A stretch of DNA of 64,000 bases from Pseudomonas aeruginosa PAO1. GTDB lineage: Bacteria > Pseudomonadota > Gammaproteobacteria > Pseudomonadales > Pseudomonadaceae. The notes beneath the pieces are model-generated. The model saw only the letters and a list, made by a program, of their open reading frames with translations. It was not told where the DNA came from and made no database searches. Both the position numbers and the translations under genes were made by a program. The stretch lies in the NCBI RefSeq assembly GCF_000006765.1, contig NC_002516.2. The stretch is one strand, 5' to 3'. Below, in pieces: positions 18,390 through 27,153 of this stretch; position 1 is the first letter of the stretch, and every line of letters begins with the position of its first letter.

Positions 18390-19000
18390 TGGACGGACTC
18401 CTTGCTGACGGTGTGGACGATGAAATCGATCACCGCCGGGTCCTGCAGGGCCAGGTGGTGCGGACGCTCGCAGGGGAAGGTGTCGAGCCGCTCGATCAGG
18501 TCGCACCAGCGTTCGGCGGCCGGGTCGCGGCCGGCGTCGTCCCGGCAGCGCACCCAGCTGGCGCGGGCGAGGCGATGGCGGGGCTGCCAGCGGCCGAACA
18601 GCTCGACATTGCGCAGCAGGACCTCTTCGCGCAGTTCGCCAAGCTCGCTCATCAGGGCGATCCATTCGCGCATCTCGGCGCTCAGCCAGCGCTGGTATTG
18701 CTCGCTCGGCGGCATTCGCCGCAGGGCCGGCCAGGGCAGGTGGCTGTCGATCATCAGCAGGCGGCTGGCCGGCAACTGGCGGGCCATCTCGTAGCCGACC
18801 AGGCCGCCGAAGGAATAGCCGATCAGCCAGTCCGGTTCTTCCGCCAGGCCGTCGAGTACCTGGCTGGCGAGGGCTTCGATGCTGGCGTAGGCATCCAGCC
18901 GGTGGTAGTCGACCAGCCGGCAGTCCGTTGCGCCGAGGCGTGCCAGCAGCCCGCGGAAGCAGCTCGGGTGGCCGATGAAGTCAGGCAGCAGGATCAGCAT
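18386..19000 (-). CDS. Stand-alone thioesterase (NRPS TE-like), 204 aa
   Basis: WLIGYSFGGLVGYEMA, LMIDS, C-terminal HHLALQDP. Confidence 0.85.
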   Translation of the reverse strand: MLILLPDFIGHPSCFRGLLARLGATDCRLVDYHRLDAYASIEALASQVLDGLAEEPDWLIGYSFGGLVGYEMARQLPASRLLMIDSHLPWPALRRMPPSEQYQRWLSAEMREWIALMSELGELREEVLLRNVELFGRWQPRHRLARASWVRCRDDAGRDPAAERWCDLIERLDTFPCERPHHLALQDPAVIDFIVHTVSKESVQ

Positions 19001-20256
19001 GGGCGTAGCGCCTCGGCCATGGCCGCCGCCAGCGCCAGGGTCCGTTCGCGGCCGAAGCGGCTGGCCAGGCTGGCGTCCCAGCCGCCGTCGTCGCGCCGGA
19101 CCAGGGTCAGGGTCAGCGGCAGGCGGCTCTTCAGTGTCGGCCGGTGGATGAACCCGGCGCTGTGGAATGGCTGGTCGATGACATTGATCATCACCTGGGC
19201 GTCGGCATAGCGCAGCCCGGCCCGTTCGGCGATGGCCTCCGCCGGCAGCAGGCTGTGCTCGAAGGCCTCGAGCCTGTGTCGTTCGAAGGTGTCCTCGGCG
19301 GTCGCGGCGTCCAGCAACAGCGGCACCAGGTTCAGCCAGCAACCGGAAACCGCCGTGCCTCGGCGACTGCGCAGGCTGACCGGGGTCAGCGCCAGGACCT
19401 TGCCGGTGGCGCCCTGGCTGGCCAGGGCGAGAGCCAGGGCGCAGGCGAGCCGGGTCAGCAGGGCGGCTTCGCCGCCTCCTGGCGTGGCAGCCAAGCGGAA
19501 ATCCTCGCAATGGCTGGCGCGCTCCGCCCAGGGCAGGCTCGCCAGTTCACGGAACGCCTCGCCGCGCTCGCTCCAGTAGTCTTCCAGCCTGGTCCTGCGC
19601 TCGCGCAGCTGGCGCTCCAGGCGCCATTGCTGCTGGAGGAAGCCGAACTCGGGGGCCGCCGCTTCGGTCGTGGGGTCGGCGTTGAGCACGGCCAGGCGGG
19701 CCAGCAGCACGCTGGCGAAGTCGGCGTCGGCGACCAGGTGATGCAGCCAGACGCCCCAGCGCGCACGTCCTCCGCAGCGCCCGTGGAACAGTCGCAGCAG
19801 GCCGCGCTCGAACAGGGAATGCGGGCGTTGCAGCAGCGCTGCGATGAGCGCGTTTTCGTCGGCGAAGGGGCCGACTTCCAGCGCCGGGCTCTCCTCGGGC
19901 TGCCCGTGGACGACCAGTTCGAAACCTTCCGCGCCGCTGTCCACCTGGCTGTCGAGCAACGGGAACTCTTCGCGCAGGCGCCGTCCCAGGCGCGTCAGGT
20001 CGGATGCCGGCACCTCGGCCGGAGCCAGGTAGCAGAGGCCGAAGCGGGTCAGGTCGGCGCCGAGCAGCTCGCTGAAGACCATCCCGCAGGACCAGGGCGA
20101 CAGGTCGACGCGCAAGGACTGCGCGGCCTCATCCGGCATCGGTTGGTGCCGCAGGCGGTCGCGCTCGGAGGGGGACAGGCGGTGCCAATCGCCGACCACC
20201 ACCAGGTGCTCGCGGAACCAGTGGTAGCGCACCTCCGCGGAGAGACCGACGTTCAT
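18994..20256 (-). CDS. Stand-alone condensation-domain-like protein, 420 aa
   Basis: GVWLHHLVADA (HHxxxD motif), PVSLR...CWLNLVPL. ATG overlaps the NRPS stop. Confidence 0.78.
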   Translation of the reverse strand: MNVGLSAEVRYHWFREHLVVVGDWHRLSPSERDRLRHQPMPDEAAQSLRVDLSPWSCGMVFSELLGADLTRFGLCYLAPAEVPASDLTRLGRRLREEFPLLDSQVDSGAEGFELVVHGQPEESPALEVGPFADENALIAALLQRPHSLFERGLLRLFHGRCGGRARWGVWLHHLVADADFASVLLARLAVLNADPTTEAAAPEFGFLQQQWRLERQLRERRTRLEDYWSERGEAFRELASLPWAERASHCEDFRLAATPGGGEAALLTRLACALALALASQGATGKVLALTPVSLRSRRGTAVSGCWLNLVPLLLDAATAEDTFERHRLEAFEHSLLPAEAIAERAGLRYADAQVMINVIDQPFHSAGFIHRPTLKSRLPLTLTLVRRDDGGWDASLASRFGRERTLALAAAMAEALRPC

Positions 20257-22109
20257 GCCGCGCTCCTCGACAGCACCAGCGGCTGCTCCGGCGTCGCCGC
20301 CCGTTCCAGCAGACGCTCCGGCGCCAGGCCGTGGCTGCGCAGGAGACGGCTGAACTGGTCGAGGCGCGAGTTTGCCTGCAAGTCGGCGAGTCCCAGATTT
20401 GCTCCCGCACCCGCCGATTGACAGAGGGCGACCAGTTGCAGGGCGAGCAACGAGTTGCCGCCGCAGAGGAAGAAATCCTGGTCGGCGGCGCCGACCTCGC
20501 AACCCAGCAATTCGCTCCACAGCTGCGCGCAGCCGCGTTGGTCGGGATCGAGCGCGCTGGCGCAGCGCTCCAGCGGTTCTTCCAGGCGGCGCAGCAGGGC
20601 GGCGCGGTCCAGCTTGCCGTGTGCCGTCAAGGGCAAGGCCTCGACCCGGACGCAGGCATGCGGGCGCTGCCAGGTGGGCAGTTGGCGGAGCAGGGCCTGC
20701 GGGCTGGCGTCGGCTTTTCCCGTCCAGGCGCAGAGCAGTTGCTTGACGCCGTTGCGCTCGCGGACCAGCAGGGCGCAGTCGAGGATGCCCGGCTGGCGGC
20801 GGAAGCGCTGTTCCAGGGCGGGGAGGTCGAGGCGATAGCCGTTCAGCTTGACCTGGCCATCGCCGCGGCCGATGAAGCGCAGCCGGCCCTGCTCGTCGTA
20901 GCGAGCGCGGTCGCCGGTACGGTAGGCACGCAGGAGGCGGCCGCGATAGGGCAACTCGACGAAGCTGGCGCGGGTGCGCGCCGCATCGTTCCGATAACCC
21001 TGCGCCAGGCCGGCGCCGAAGGCGACGATCTCCCCGGCCCGGTCGGGCTCGGCGATCTCCTGTCCGTGCTCGTCGAGCAGGAGCACCGCGGTGCCGGCGA
21101 TGGCCTTGCCGATGGGGATGTCGTCTTCCTCGAGGTCGTCGTCGGTGACGACATGGCAGCAGGTGAAGGTGGTGTTCTCCGTCGGTCCGTAGCCATTCAC
21201 CAGGTGCAGTCGCGGATGCCGCAGCAGCGCCCGGCGCACGTGCGGCACCGAGAGGATGTCGCCGCCGGTGAGCAACTGGCGAAGGCCGCCGAGACAGTCC
21301 GGGTCGAGGTCCACCAGGGTGTTGAACAGCGAGGCGGTGAGCCAGGCGCTGTCGGCTCCGCGCTCTCCGATCAACTGGCGCAGCACGCCCGGGTCGAGGG
21401 GGCCGAGGTCGTTCAGCACGCAGCAGCCGCCGTTGAGCAGCGCACCCCAGATCTCCAGGGTCGCCGCATCGAAGGACAGCGGCGAGTTCACCAGGAAGCG
21501 CATCTGCGGAGCGAACGCGAGGAACGACTGGCCCAGGCACAGGCGGGTAATGCCGGCGTGGGTGCAGGCGATGGCTTTCGGGCGGCCGGTGGTGCCCGAG
21601 GAGAAGTTGATGTAGGCGATCTGGTCCGCCGCGAAGCATGGCCGGGCGACCGAGGCTGGAGCGGCAGGCAGGTGCCTGACCGGGACGCAGGGAAGACCGT
21701 TGGCGGGCGTCGGCGTGGTCGAGCAGTCGAGGATCAGGCGGCAGTCGACCTGCCGGCACAACTCTGCATTCCAGGCCGCCGGTTGTTTCAGGTCTATATA
21801 TAAGTAGTGATGGCCGGATAACAGTATGGCGAGCAGGCAGGTAATGCTTTCCCGAGAATATTCGCCGTACACTCCAAGACAAACTCCCGGCTGCGGATAA
21901 TGCTCGAGAAGATAGTCTGAAAGTTGTTCGGCGCTATCCAGGAGTTGCCGATAGTCGACACTTCCGAAACGGTCCCTGATGGCTTCGCGATGGGGATGAA
22001 GCGCTGCCATTTCGCTGAAGCGGGCCACCACCGTCGGGTGCGCGTACAGGTCGAGCAGGGAGTTCTGGGACATTCTGACAATCGCCTTTTTTCGAAAAAA
22101 TGAGTCCAT
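20253..22109 (-). CDS. NRPS adenylation-thiolation didomain (Val-type specificity code), 618 aa; PA1221 orthologue
   Basis: A3 FSSGTTGRPK, A4 SFDAATLEIW, A5 NGYGPTENTTF, A7 YRTGD, A10 HGKLDR; T motif FFLCGGNSLLA. Start MDSFF at 22109. Confidence 0.93.
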   Translation of the reverse strand: MDSFFRKKAIVRMSQNSLLDLYAHPTVVARFSEMAALHPHREAIRDRFGSVDYRQLLDSAEQLSDYLLEHYPQPGVCLGVYGEYSRESITCLLAILLSGHHYLYIDLKQPAAWNAELCRQVDCRLILDCSTTPTPANGLPCVPVRHLPAAPASVARPCFAADQIAYINFSSGTTGRPKAIACTHAGITRLCLGQSFLAFAPQMRFLVNSPLSFDAATLEIWGALLNGGCCVLNDLGPLDPGVLRQLIGERGADSAWLTASLFNTLVDLDPDCLGGLRQLLTGGDILSVPHVRRALLRHPRLHLVNGYGPTENTTFTCCHVVTDDDLEEDDIPIGKAIAGTAVLLLDEHGQEIAEPDRAGEIVAFGAGLAQGYRNDAARTRASFVELPYRGRLLRAYRTGDRARYDEQGRLRFIGRGDGQVKLNGYRLDLPALEQRFRRQPGILDCALLVRERNGVKQLLCAWTGKADASPQALLRQLPTWQRPHACVRVEALPLTAHGKLDRAALLRRLEEPLERCASALDPDQRGCAQLWSELLGCEVGAADQDFFLCGGNSLLALQLVALCQSAGAGANLGLADLQANSRLDQFSRLLRSHGLAPERLLERAATPEQPLVLSRSAA

Positions 22110-22421
22110 CTGCCGGCTTCTTCGGCTAAATGAAGGATTTTTGGTTTTTCGCGAAGACGGCGGCCGAGTCTTCCCGGGCTCTGCCAGTCGTCCGCCGCCC
22201 ACCGGCTCGCTCACGCGAGCGGCAAGCGTCGAGGCGCCTTGCCCGGAAAAACCGTTATGGAAATACGGAGTGCCGTCGACTCAAGGGCAGTCAACTGCTG
22301 CCATGCAGTCTTATCGTCAGGAAAGAGAGAAAAGCGATGAGAATGGATTCACGGTCACGCATTGCACTTCCACCTTGCGTTGGTTTTCCGAAGTGTTTCG
22401 CTGTGTGTGTTTTTATATGTT

Positions 22422-22479
22422 TCGTGGGTATTTAAAATAAGATACAAATTTCCCCTCACAACTATGAGAATTGGTAGTT
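22422..22479 (-). promoter_or_regulatory. las/rhl (lux-type) box with putative -10 driving the biosynthetic operon
   Basis: 22460-22479 reads AACTACCAATTCTCATAGTT on the minus strand (CT-N12-AG with 5-bp dyad arms). A TATTTT hexamer begins 20 nt downstream, fitting a box centred near -42. Confidence 0.75.
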
Positions 22480-22792
22480 GGCGAAAGGGCGCCATGAGGG
22501 GCGTCGAAGCGTGCCGGCTGATGGCTTTTTGCCGAGGCAGGCGGCCGCGGCTACGCCTGCCGGGGGTAGCACGGACAAGTGGTGTCGGGGGGCCTGGCCG
22601 CTGCGGCGAGGCGCGGAGGTCCGGCTGGCGCGGCGATCATCACAGAGGATTCTGCGGCGTCATTCATCGTTTGAATGGTTGCTGCCGCAAGCGCGCCCGG
22701 CGCCGTCGATGCTGGTCTGCGGTGTCGGGCGCTCGCTGGCGTTGCGTTGGCCAGCCGTCCCGGCCGGGTGCGTAGGCACCGGCCGGAGGTTT

Positions 22793-23950
22793 TCAGGAGG
22801 CGGGCAGCGGCGCACCCTTGGGCCATAGCAGCCAGAGCCGGCCCGGCTGCTTCATGTGTCCGGCGAGTTCGCCGGCGGCGTCGCCGGTGCCCCAGAACAG
22901 ATCGGCGCGGACCTCGCCGACGATGGCCCCGCCGGTATCCTGGGCCGCCACCGGACGGACCACCGCGCTGCCGTCGTCAGGGCGGGTGGTGGACAGCCAC
23001 ATCAGGCTGCCCAGCGGAATCACCTTGCGGTCGATGGCCACGCTGTAGCCGTCGGTTAGCGGTACGTTCAGCGAGCCGCGCGGACCTTCGTCGCTGTCCG
23101 GGCGCAGGCTGAAGAACACGAAGCTGGGATTGCTCGCCAGCAGTTCGGAGACCCGCTGCGGATTGGCCTCGGCCCAGTCGCGGATGCGCTTCATGCTGAT
23201 CTCTTCCTTCGGCACCAGGCCCTGCTCGACCAGCCAGCGGCCGACCGGCTTGTACGGGTGGCCATTCTGGTCGCCGTAGCCGATCCGCAGTTGCCGGCCG
23301 TCTTCCAGCTGGATGCGCCCGGAACCCTGGATCTGCAGGAACTGCAGGTCCATCGGGTCGCCCAGCCAGGCGAGCACCGGCGCGCTGGAGCCGTTGTCGC
23401 GGATCGTCGCGGCGTCGTCGTAGGGTTTCAGCACCCGGCCTTCCAGGCGTCCGCGCAGGCGCTTACCCTTGAGTTCCGGGTAGACGCTTTCCAGCGCGAC
23501 CACCACCAGGTCGTCCGGTACGCCGTAGACCGGCACCGGGGTTTTTTCGCCCTGGCTCAGGCTGCCGTGGTAGACCGGTTCGTAGTAGCCGGTGATCAGG
23601 CCCTGGTCGCCGTTGCTGGAGGAACGCAGGCTATAGACCTGCATCCGCTCCTGGAGGAACGCGCGCACCGCCGTCGGATCGGCGGCGACCGTCGTGGCGC
23701 TCGCACAGGGCTCGCCCCATACCGGGTCCTTGGCCAGCCGCGCGCAGGCCGAGCGCCAGGCATTGAAGCCGGCGAGCAGGTCGGCGTCGCTGGTGGCCGG
23801 CAGGGCGTCCCAGGGCACGCTGTTGTAGGTGGTGACTTCGGCGGGTTTGGGCGGGGGCTCTTTCTTGCCGTCGTCGCATGCCGTCAGCAGGGCGGCGAAA
23901 GGGAGCGCGCAGAGCAGCAGGCGGCGCCAGGGATGGAACGGAAACTTCAC
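22793..23950 (-). CDS. mltA: Membrane-bound lytic murein transglycosylase A (lipoprotein), 385 aa
   Basis: Lipobox LLTAC, GLITGYYEP, FLQIQGSG, NPSFVFF, AQDTGGAIVG...DLFWG. Confidence 0.95.
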   Translation of the reverse strand: MKFPFHPWRRLLLCALPFAALLTACDDGKKEPPPKPAEVTTYNSVPWDALPATSDADLLAGFNAWRSACARLAKDPVWGEPCASATTVAADPTAVRAFLQERMQVYSLRSSSNGDQGLITGYYEPVYHGSLSQGEKTPVPVYGVPDDLVVVALESVYPELKGKRLRGRLEGRVLKPYDDAATIRDNGSSAPVLAWLGDPMDLQFLQIQGSGRIQLEDGRQLRIGYGDQNGHPYKPVGRWLVEQGLVPKEEISMKRIRDWAEANPQRVSELLASNPSFVFFSLRPDSDEGPRGSLNVPLTDGYSVAIDRKVIPLGSLMWLSTTRPDDGSAVVRPVAAQDTGGAIVGEVRADLFWGTGDAAGELAGHMKQPGRLWLLWPKGAPLPAS

Positions 23951-24045
23951 GCCAAGGACTTCCTGGTGGTGGATCGAAGCCCGCTAGCTTGGGCAAAGCG
24001 CGACGGTGCGTCAAACCGCGGCGACGACCGAAGCGTATCGCCGCG

Positions 24046-24939
24046 TTACACCGAGGCGGCGATGAGTTCGCGCAGCCAGCGATGGGCCGGATCGCGGTGC
24101 GAGCGCTCGTGCCAGAGCATGGCCAGGTCGTAGCCGGACACCTCCAGGGGCGCCTCGACCACTCGCAACCTGTCGCGCTCGCGTACCAGTCGCGACGGCA
24201 GCAGCGCCACCAGGTCGGTGCTTTCCAGCACCGCGCGGAGGAACAGGAAGTGCGGCACCGACAACGCCACCCGGCGTTCCGCGCCGAGTTCGGCGAGCGC
24301 CTGGTCGGTGGGACCTAGGAAGCCGCCGCCGTCGGGCGAGACGATCGCCTGCTCGAGGCGGCAGAACTGCTTCAGCGTCGGTCGCCGACGCAGCCCCGGA
24401 TGCCCGGCGCGCCCGGCCAGCACATAGCGCTCGCTGAACAGCCGGCGACAGCGCAGTCCCGGCGGCGCTTCTTCGAGGGTGTGGAAGGCCAGGTCGATCT
24501 CGCCGCGTTCCGCCTGCCTGACGATTCGCGTCGGCGCCAGCTCCAGCACCGCCAGGCGGCTGCCCGGCGCCTGGCGGCGAAGACTGGCGAGGATCGGCAG
24601 GAGGATCGCCGACTCGGCGTAGTCGGTGGCGGCGACGCGCCAGGTATGCCGTGACTGCGTCGGATCGAACGGCGCGGCCGGCGCCACCGCCTGCTCCAGG
24701 GCTTCCAGGGCCAGGCGTAACGGCTCGCGCAGCTCCTCCGCCCGCGCCGTCGGGCGCATCCCGCGCGGGCCGGGAAGCAGCAAGGGATCGTCGAAGATCG
24801 CCCGCAGCTTGGCCAGGTGCACGCTCACCGAGGGTTGGGAAAAATTCAGGCGTTCCGCCGCGCGCGTCACATTGTGTTCGGTGAGCAGCACGTCGAGGGT
24901 CACCAGCAGGTTCAGGTCCAGTCGCCGGAGATTAATCAT
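24046..24939 (-). CDS. LysR-family regulator, 297 aa
   Basis: LDLNLLVTLDVLLTEHNVTRAAERLNFSQPSVS HTH; divergent from a quinone reductase. Confidence 0.94.
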   Translation of the reverse strand: MINLRRLDLNLLVTLDVLLTEHNVTRAAERLNFSQPSVSVHLAKLRAIFDDPLLLPGPRGMRPTARAEELREPLRLALEALEQAVAPAAPFDPTQSRHTWRVAATDYAESAILLPILASLRRQAPGSRLAVLELAPTRIVRQAERGEIDLAFHTLEEAPPGLRCRRLFSERYVLAGRAGHPGLRRRPTLKQFCRLEQAIVSPDGGGFLGPTDQALAELGAERRVALSVPHFLFLRAVLESTDLVALLPSRLVRERDRLRVVEAPLEVSGYDLAMLWHERSHRDPAHRWLRELIAASV

Positions 24940-25023
24940 CCATATACCTGGAATTTCGGATATTCATTTCAACTATATCCGGCGATGGCCGATCCTGCGC
25001 CCACCTTTTGCCGGAGACCCGCC

Positions 25024-25803
25024 ATGAACGTACTCATCGTCTATGCCCATCCCGAGCCGCGCTCCCTCAACGGTGCGCTCAAGGACTTCGCGGTCGCCCG
25101 CCTCGAGGCGGCCGGCCATGCGGTGCAGGTTTCGGACCTCTACGCGATGGGCTGGAAGGCCGTGCTCGATGCCGGCGACAGCCTCGAGCGCGAGGCCAGC
25201 GAACGCTTCGATCCTTCCGCAACTTCCCTGCGCGCCTTCGAGAACGGTTGGCAGAGCGTCGACATCGCCGGTGAGCAGGACAAGCTGCGCTGGGCCGATA
25301 CGCTGATCCTGCAATTCCCGCTCTGGTGGTTCAGCATGCCGGCGATCCTCAAGGGTTGGATCGATCGCGTCTATGCCTGCGGCTTCGCCTACGGGGTCGG
25401 CGAACATTCCGACAGCCACTGGGGCGACCGCTACGGCGAGGGCCGGATGCAGGGCAAGCGGGCGATGCTGGTAGTCACCGCCGGCGGCTGGGAGTCGCAC
25501 TACGCCGCGCGCGGTATCAACGGACCGATGGACGACCTGCTGTTCCCCATCCACCACGGCATCCTGCATTACCCCGGCTTCGAGGTATTGCCGCCGTTCG
25601 TCGTCTATCGCAGCGGCCGGATCGACGCGGAGCGTTTCGCCGCGCTGAGCGAGCAGTTGGGCCGGCGCCTCGATGACCTGCAGCGCGCTGCGCCGATCCC
25701 GTTCCGCCGGCAGAACGGCGGCGACTACCTGATCCCGGCGCTGACCCTGCGCGACGAACTTGCCCCGCAGCGGGCCGGTTTCGCCATGCACCTGGCCGAA
25801 TGA
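25024..25803 (+). CDS. Flavodoxin-like NAD(P)H:quinone oxidoreductase (NQO/KefF-like), 259 aa
   Basis: VLIVYAHPEPRSLN, QFPLWWFSMPAILKGWIDRV. Confidence 0.92.
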   Translation: MNVLIVYAHPEPRSLNGALKDFAVARLEAAGHAVQVSDLYAMGWKAVLDAGDSLEREASERFDPSATSLRAFENGWQSVDIAGEQDKLRWADTLILQFPLWWFSMPAILKGWIDRVYACGFAYGVGEHSDSHWGDRYGEGRMQGKRAMLVVTAGGWESHYAARGINGPMDDLLFPIHHGILHYPGFEVLPPFVVYRSGRIDAERFAALSEQLGRRLDDLQRAAPIPFRRQNGGDYLIPALTLRDELAPQRAGFAMHLAE

Positions 25804-25812
25804 CCCCGGGGG

Positions 25813-26439
25813 TCAGGCCTCCAGCGGCTGCGCCTGGGCGGCCCCCTGCGCGCCGCGTGCGGCGAAGAGCTGGCTGCCGATGTGCAGGGCCTGGTCCAGA
25901 TGCCGGATCGGATCGGCGCTCTCCGACTCCAGCAACAGTTCGGAACGGACCACCCGTGCGCCGCAGTAATCGAAGATGCCATGGTCGATCTGGGTGCGCA
26001 TCGCCCCGGCGTAGCCGTGCCGCTCGAAGGTGCCGGCATCGGCGCCGCCGACACCGACCAGCACCACGCGCAGGCGCTGCAGCTTTTTCCGCAGGTCGCC
26101 GCCGATGCTGTAGTCGAAGGCCCAGCCATTGGAGAACACGCGATCGATCCAGCCCTTGAGCAGGGCCGGCATCGACCACCAGTAGATCGGGTAGACCAGC
26201 ACCAGGGTATCGGCGCGATCGATGCGCGCCTGCTCGGCGAGGACGTCGGCGGGAGGCGACGCCTGGCCGCGATGCACGGCGTGGTCGGCCAGGCCGAAGC
26301 GCGGCTCGAAGCCTTCCGCCGCCAGGTCGGCGGTTTCCGCGGAATGACCGGCGCGGACCACGCCTTCGGCGATGCGCGCGGCGAGGGCGTGGGTGAGAGA
26401 GCGGGGATGATGATGAGCGACGACGATCAGGGCATGCAT
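25813..26439 (-). CDS. Flavodoxin-like NAD(P)H:quinone oxidoreductase, 208 aa
   Basis: ALIVVAHHHPRSLT, YPIYWWSMPALLKGWIDRV. Confidence 0.92.
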   Translation of the reverse strand: MHALIVVAHHHPRSLTHALAARIAEGVVRAGHSAETADLAAEGFEPRFGLADHAVHRGQASPPADVLAEQARIDRADTLVLVYPIYWWSMPALLKGWIDRVFSNGWAFDYSIGGDLRKKLQRLRVVLVGVGGADAGTFERHGYAGAMRTQIDHGIFDYCGARVVRSELLLESESADPIRHLDQALHIGSQLFAARGAQGAAQAQPLEA

Positions 26440-26493
26440 GGGCGAATTCCTCCGGGAATTGCGGGAAGGGGGGCAAGTCGATAGTCTGGGTAA

Positions 26494-26540
26494 AACCTAC
26501 TTTCCGTAGGTTACCTTTAGTAAGTTACTTTTAGTAGGTT
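26494..26540. promoter_or_regulatory. Three tandem TAC-N5-GTA palindromes, probable TetR operator array
   Basis: Cores at 26498, 26512 and 26526 (14-bp period). The first is a perfect AACCTAC-N5-GTAGGTT. Lies between divergent genes. Confidence 0.65.
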
Positions 26541-26544
26541 ATCT

Positions 26545-27153
26545 ATGTCAATGCACTCCCCAGACGACCCGTCGCCACGCCGCCGCCTGTCCCGCGACGA
26601 GCGCCAGCGCCAGTTGCTCGAGGTGGCCTGGCGGCTGGTCCGCGAAGAAGGTACCGAGGCGCTGACCCTCGGACGCCTGGCCGAGCAGGCCGGGGTGACC
26701 AAGCCGGTGGTCTATGACCACTTCGGCACCCGCGCCGGCCTGCTGGCGGCGCTCTACCAGGATTACGACCTGCGCCAGACGGCGCTGATGGAGGCTGCCC
26801 TGGAAGCGAGCGAGGCGACCCTGGAGGGGCGCGCCGACGTCATCGCCCGCGCCTATGTCGACTGCGTGATGCAACAAGGCCGGGAGATTCCCGGGGTGGT
26901 CGCGGCCCTCGCCAGCTCGCCGGAGCTGGAGCGGATCAAGCGCGACTACGAGGTTCTCTTCATGGACAAGTGCCGCGCCGTGCTGGAGCCCTTCGCCGGC
27001 GGCGGACGGCTGACCGTCGCCGCTCTGCGCGCAATGATCGGCGCCGCCGAAGCGCTGTCGCACGCGGCCGCCACCGAAGAGATCGCCCCGGAAGAGGCGC
27101 GGCGGGAACTGTACGAGGCGATCGTGGCGATGGTCGCGCGGAGTCGTCGGTGA
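26545..27153 (+). CDS. TetR-family regulator, 202 aa
   Basis: LTLGRLAEQAGVTKPVVYDHFGTRAGL HTH. Confidence 0.93.
   Translation: MSMHSPDDPSPRRRLSRDERQRQLLEVAWRLVREEGTEALTLGRLAEQAGVTKPVVYDHFGTRAGLLAALYQDYDLRQTALMEAALEASEATLEGRADVIARAYVDCVMQQGREIPGVVAALASSPELERIKRDYEVLFMDKCRAVLEPFAGGGRLTVAALRAMIGAAEALSHAAATEEIAPEEARRELYEAIVAMVARSRR

Noticed and set aside
11362-21882. Apparent giant ORFs 11362..13953, 12318..14183, 16147..18075 and 18994..21882 suggesting fused multidomain proteins
   Set aside because: Only their C-terminal parts are protein-like. Each real start overlaps the preceding stop, and the extensions are alternative frames of neighbouring genes.
22294-22309. Palindrome ACTGC-N6-GCAGT as a second lux box
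   Set aside because: CT-to-AG spacing is 10 nt, not 12.
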